The position numbers and the translations under genes are program-made. A stretch of DNA of 64,000 nucleotides from Octopus vulgaris (taxonomy: Eukaryota), in assembly GCA_951406725.2 (NCBI GenBank), contig OX597827.1, forward strand, positions 83,948,001-84,012,000, read 5' to 3'. Under the pieces are notes generated by a model, which saw only the letters and a list, made by a program, of their open reading frames with translations, was not told the DNA's origin and made no database searches. Below, in pieces: positions 58,997 through 64,000 of this stretch. Every line of letters begins with the position of its first letter. The stretch's first letter is position 1.

Positions 58997-60861
58997 CTAT
59001 ACACAACAGTTCGGATTACCCGTAATGTTACTGCGTACCTACAAGCGTGAACAGGTACGTTCCCGGATATACACAACACACCTGTTTCAGAATATAGACC
59101 AGTTGTGCGGGATATTTTCTCACTCTATGCTCTAAGCTATTTTCTAGGGTACCTTAGAAGCTTTAGAATATGTTTTTGGTTTTTTTTTAATGTGTAGTTA
59201 TATAAAGAAACATTAATTGGAGAATTATGCAATATATTAATTAGGTAGCGTATCAAGTTTATTTTCAAACGGACAAGGTTGACAGCGACTTCGAAGCTTC
59301 AGCTAAGTAACTGACCTGAAATTTTGTCAACCTTTTCCTTTTTCACACACACATACACTTACACAAACGCACGCACCTCTGACGTATTTAAGAATAAACA
59401 GTTCGTAAGGTGTGTCTGGGTATATATTAACACGCTGCTCCAGAATACGCGCGCACACACACACGAATGTACTTGACGTATTCCAGTGTATATACAAGCT
59501 GTACTCTATGTATGCAGGATGTATACAACTGATAACTTCCTTCCTTTCGAAGGTGATAATGAAGTAATGGGGTGTGAGTATATGTGTGTGTGTGTGTATG
59601 TATGTATGTATTGTATTGTATCTTTAGAATGCATCTTTGAATCTCACTGGGGAAAAGGTGAGGTGATAATATTAAAAGAGAAACATCTAAAGCACTTACC
59701 TTGATAAATTGGTTCGTTCATTTATAGTCAGGGTCTTCCGTTTAGTTAATCCAACACCCATTACATTCGTCCAGTTATTATACACACTTCTCTTTTTAGC
59801 CTGCGTAGAATTACGTGGGAATTTGACAGTTGACAGCCGGGTGGGGCAGGGAGAGAGATAAGCAAGAAATGAAGAGAATATAAGTGGGTGCGCGAACAGC
59901 CCCGAAGAGTGAGAGCAGGAAATCGGGAATAATTGAGAGGAGAAATATGTTCAGCCGGGACATAGAAATAGTTTGGAATTCATATTTACCGGGAGCGTGC
60001 CTATGTATACACACATACATACAGGCAGGCAGGCAGGCAGGCAGGTATGTATGTATGTACTTTGGAATGAAAATTTGATATTGGAGTTTAAGTGTAAGAA
60101 AGGTAACAGAAAAATCGTCGAGTTTTTTTCGGGGAGGAGGACCTTAAAGGGAGAAGTTGGTGACTGAAGAGAGGGATAAAAAGAGCAACATTCACCAGCG
60201 CCAGACTTGAGTAAATCCAAAACAATGTCGAAATAACCGTGTAAATATCAACGTTCCTTTTTCTGTTATCGTCCTTGCTTTTTACCTACGTGTCATTTTT
60301 ATATTCAGAACAATGGAGGTGAGGCCCGAAAAGTGTGGTGGGGTCCGGATACGAACCGCCACCCTGATAAAGCAATACAAGTGACTCCAGTAAATAGCGA
60401 CAGAAAACTGAACAACAAAACATCACCGTCGCCTGCTGCTGCTGCTGCTGCTGTCAGCGCCGCCGTTGTGGCTATTGTTGTTAGTCAACGACGACGACGT
60501 AAGCACGGCCGACACTTGTTGAGGGAGTTGGAGTGTGGGTGACACACAAAACACGCTCACATTCACTTACACACACACACGCTCTTTCATTATGTATTAC
60601 ACAGTTAATACATTTTGCATCATTTATCTTCAGAAAACTTGAGACTATACATGGAACTATATACTAAAAGTACTTTCTCAACATTCAAGGCAGTGGGATC
60701 GAATTCCGCAGTTCATGATTGTTCAAAGTGCCTGATTATGTTGTAAGAAGTGTACTTATGTAAGCACCGAGTTCAGTCCCTCTGCGTGGCATCGTGGGCC
60801 AGTGTCTTCTACCATAGCTCCGGAAAACTAAAAGTATCTTGTATTATATATATACAATTAT

Positions 60862-60932
<71 letters not shown>

Positions 60933-61071
60933 AATATATATATATATAAGGGCATTACTACACGTAAATGTCTCGCGCTATGAGGGACTCTTAAAGTCAA
61001 ATCTACCTTTATAAATATACAGTGTACCGACAGCAAGAGAATGCAACTTGGAAATCGTCTCTTATTCATAC

Positions 61072-61142
<71 letters not shown>

Positions 61143-61299
61143 TTTATTTACATCCCGTACCGTCGCGGTTAAACAAGACAGTCCGATAGAATAAGTAATA
61201 GGTCCTTAAAAAATAAGTACTAAGGTCGGTCCGGGCAGCTCCTCAGCATCGCAGCAATTCAATGACTGAAACGAGTCGAAAGCAAAAGACATATATGGC

Positions 61300-61361
<62 letters not shown>

Positions 61362-61843
61362 GCGATTCTTTCTTGTCTAGGGATTCACGGTCAAACGGCT
61401 GGGTGGAATTGCGCGAAAAATTACACAGATATGTAGAATGATCAGGTGGTGATGCTGGGCTTTTATTTTTTTTTCATAGTTCCCATGGTTACCGAAATAA
61501 TCTACTATAATAATAGTCTTGTGTTTAAAAATGAGAAAGGAAGGGGTGATAGATAAGGAAAGGAAGGGCGTTTGAACTCTGTGAATATATGTGTGGGTAT
61601 GTAAAAGGGGGTTCTGTGAATGTGTGTGCGCGTGCAACGGAAGTGGAATGTTTCATCTTTCTTCGCATGGTTTTTGGGCTTATATTTGGTTGAATTTTGG
61701 CTGTTTTTGTTTTTTTGGTGGTCAGTTATTTTTAGCGTTTTGACAGATAAAAGTCATTCTAAAATTGTTTTTTAACGTAAGCATGCCCAAACAAGTCGAA
61801 TGCTTACACAGAGCAGGTTTTACAGCCACATCACCCAAACCGA

Positions 61844-61869
61844 CCGGCTGAAACTGGGCTTAGCTGCTA

Positions 61870-61870
<1 letters not shown>
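61844..61870 (+). mobile_element. Probable Helitron 3' terminus
   Basis: Imperfect ccgg-ctgaaa-ctgg hairpin then CTAG|T into (TA)n. Confidence 0.45.
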
Positions 61871-61908
<38 letters not shown>

Positions 61909-61991
61909 GGTCCCGGGTTGATTCGGGGTTAACCACAGTAAATAAGGTACTCAATACATAGCAGAGTAAAATTAATTTATTATATAGAAGG

Positions 61992-62042
61992 AGCTTCTAC
62001 AGGACTAGAACTGTTTCATTCAAGAGAAATCATCAGGAAGCT
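61992..62042 (-). ncRNA. Type I hammerhead ribozyme
   Basis: AGCTTC-CTGATGA-tttctcttgaat-GAAA-CAGttctagtcCTG-TA-GAAGCT: 6-bp stem I, intact core, stem III, GUA cleavage triplet. Confidence 0.75.
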
Positions 62043-62279
62043 AGTTAACAAGAATTGTATTGGCATTTATACATTTAGGCAGGTTTAAAGGGGTGGTGGT
62101 GGGGGACTTTTTGGGGGTAGGCATAGCGCAAAAATATCATACTTGGGGGAGTGGTCAAGGAGTCAGTGGTAAAATAGATAAAAGAATAAATAAAAGAATA
62201 AATAAAATAAAAAAATAAAAAAATATATAGAAAAATATATAGAAGAATAGAGTTTTAGGTAAATAAGGAGATTCTCACT

Positions 62280-62392
62280 TATACATATACACATATGTAT
62301 ATATATACACACACACGCACACATATACATACACACATACATACACACACACACACATATATATATACATATATGTATATATACACATATAT

Positions 62393-62431
<39 letters not shown>

Positions 62432-62586
62432 CATATGCACACATATATACACACACATGTATATATACACACACGCCCACACATACATATACACACAAAA
62501 AAATATATACATACACACACATACACATACACACATACACACACATATATCTACATACACACATGCACACACAAGTCCATATATAC

Positions 62587-62634
<48 letters not shown>

Positions 62635-63031
62635 GTGTACCTATACATACCTACACATACACACATATACATACAAATACAAACCCATTCCCTAATTTTA
62701 ATTTTATTATTATCTTCATTTATTACTTTTGTTATCTTTGACCGCGGGTCACAAGCATCTTGGCTACGACAGCAAGTCCATTTATCTTTCTACTCGAACA
62801 CAAGCACTCACTCACGCACGCTCACTCATTAGCACGCACACTCACTCATTCGTACACTCATACACATACACGCACGCACGCGTTATATTCATACATACAT
62901 ACATCTACATACATTCACATATATACACATACGTACGCGTACCTACAGATTCATGTCTACACGCTTAGAAGACTAGTCCATACATATACACCAATAAATA
63001 TATACACACATACATATACACCTACATACAA

Positions 63032-63068
<37 letters not shown>

Positions 63069-63202
63069 CGTATATATACATACATATACATACACCCATA
63101 CATACATACATATATACACATACACACACCCACACATATACATATACATACATATACGCGCATACATACACATACATATACATACATATACTCATACACA
63201 TA

Positions 63203-63262
<60 letters not shown>

Positions 63263-63630
63263 CACACATACATACATGTACATACATACATATACATATA
63301 TACACACACATACATACACATATACATACACACACATACACATATACATGCGTACCCATATACACACACACACACGCGCATCCGTATATACACATAAGTA
63401 CACACATGCGTAAAAGTATACATATATCTATACATATGCTTACACATACACACACACGCGTCTCCTTATGTTCATATACTTACATGCATACTCAAAAAAT
63501 AAATAATAAAATATATATACGTGCAGTTATTCATATACATACATGCATACTCAAAAAATAAATAATAAATATTAAGTATATATTTACGTGCAGTTACCTA
63601 TTATACAGACGGATACATGCATATAAACTT

Positions 63631-63677
<47 letters not shown>

Positions 63678-63765
63678 CATACATATACATATACACACAT
63701 ACACACACACACATATATATATATATACTATATACACACACACATACATATACATACACACATAT

Positions 63766-63809
<44 letters not shown>

Positions 63810-63875
63810 GTGTGCATACATACATACATACTCATACACACACACACACTTACACATACATATATACACACACTT

Positions 63876-63920
<45 letters not shown>

Positions 63921-64000
63921 CACACATACACATACACACATATATCTACATATATACATACACATACACACACATACTCACACACACACATATATATACA
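62280..64000. repeat. Long compound (CA)/(TA)/(CATA) microsatellite region
   Basis: Dense mixed dinucleotide repeats; source of many spurious ORFs. Confidence 0.9.

Overview
Eukaryotic, very AT- and microsatellite-rich DNA. The SINE, LINE and microsatellite content points to an octopus or other coleoid cephalopod genome (inference). Most of the window is transposable elements: two inverted CR1-group LINE copies in (TA)n arrays plus an old third copy, a Tx1/L1-like fragment, two tandem R4/Dong-type elements in a (TAA)n array, a Naiad-type Penelope-like element, CRE and RTE fragments, mariner relics, Merlin-like and hAT MITEs, Helitron 3' ends, many tRNA-derived SINEs and several hammerhead ribozyme motifs. 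I assembled one host gene by hand on the minus strand from four phase-compatible GT-AG coding exons (44886-44876, 39259-39143, 31669-31528, 30957-30832). It encodes a predicted 131-aa protein that is essentially a single SH2 domain. The conserved FLVR arginine is replaced by Tyr (GTYLMYKD) and the protein ends in -SRL, a PTS1 or class I PDZ-type motif. The supplied ORF track captures only one of the four exons. Most long ORFs in the track are microsatellite translations or antisense shadows. Many TE boundaries are approximate and all alignments were done by eye.
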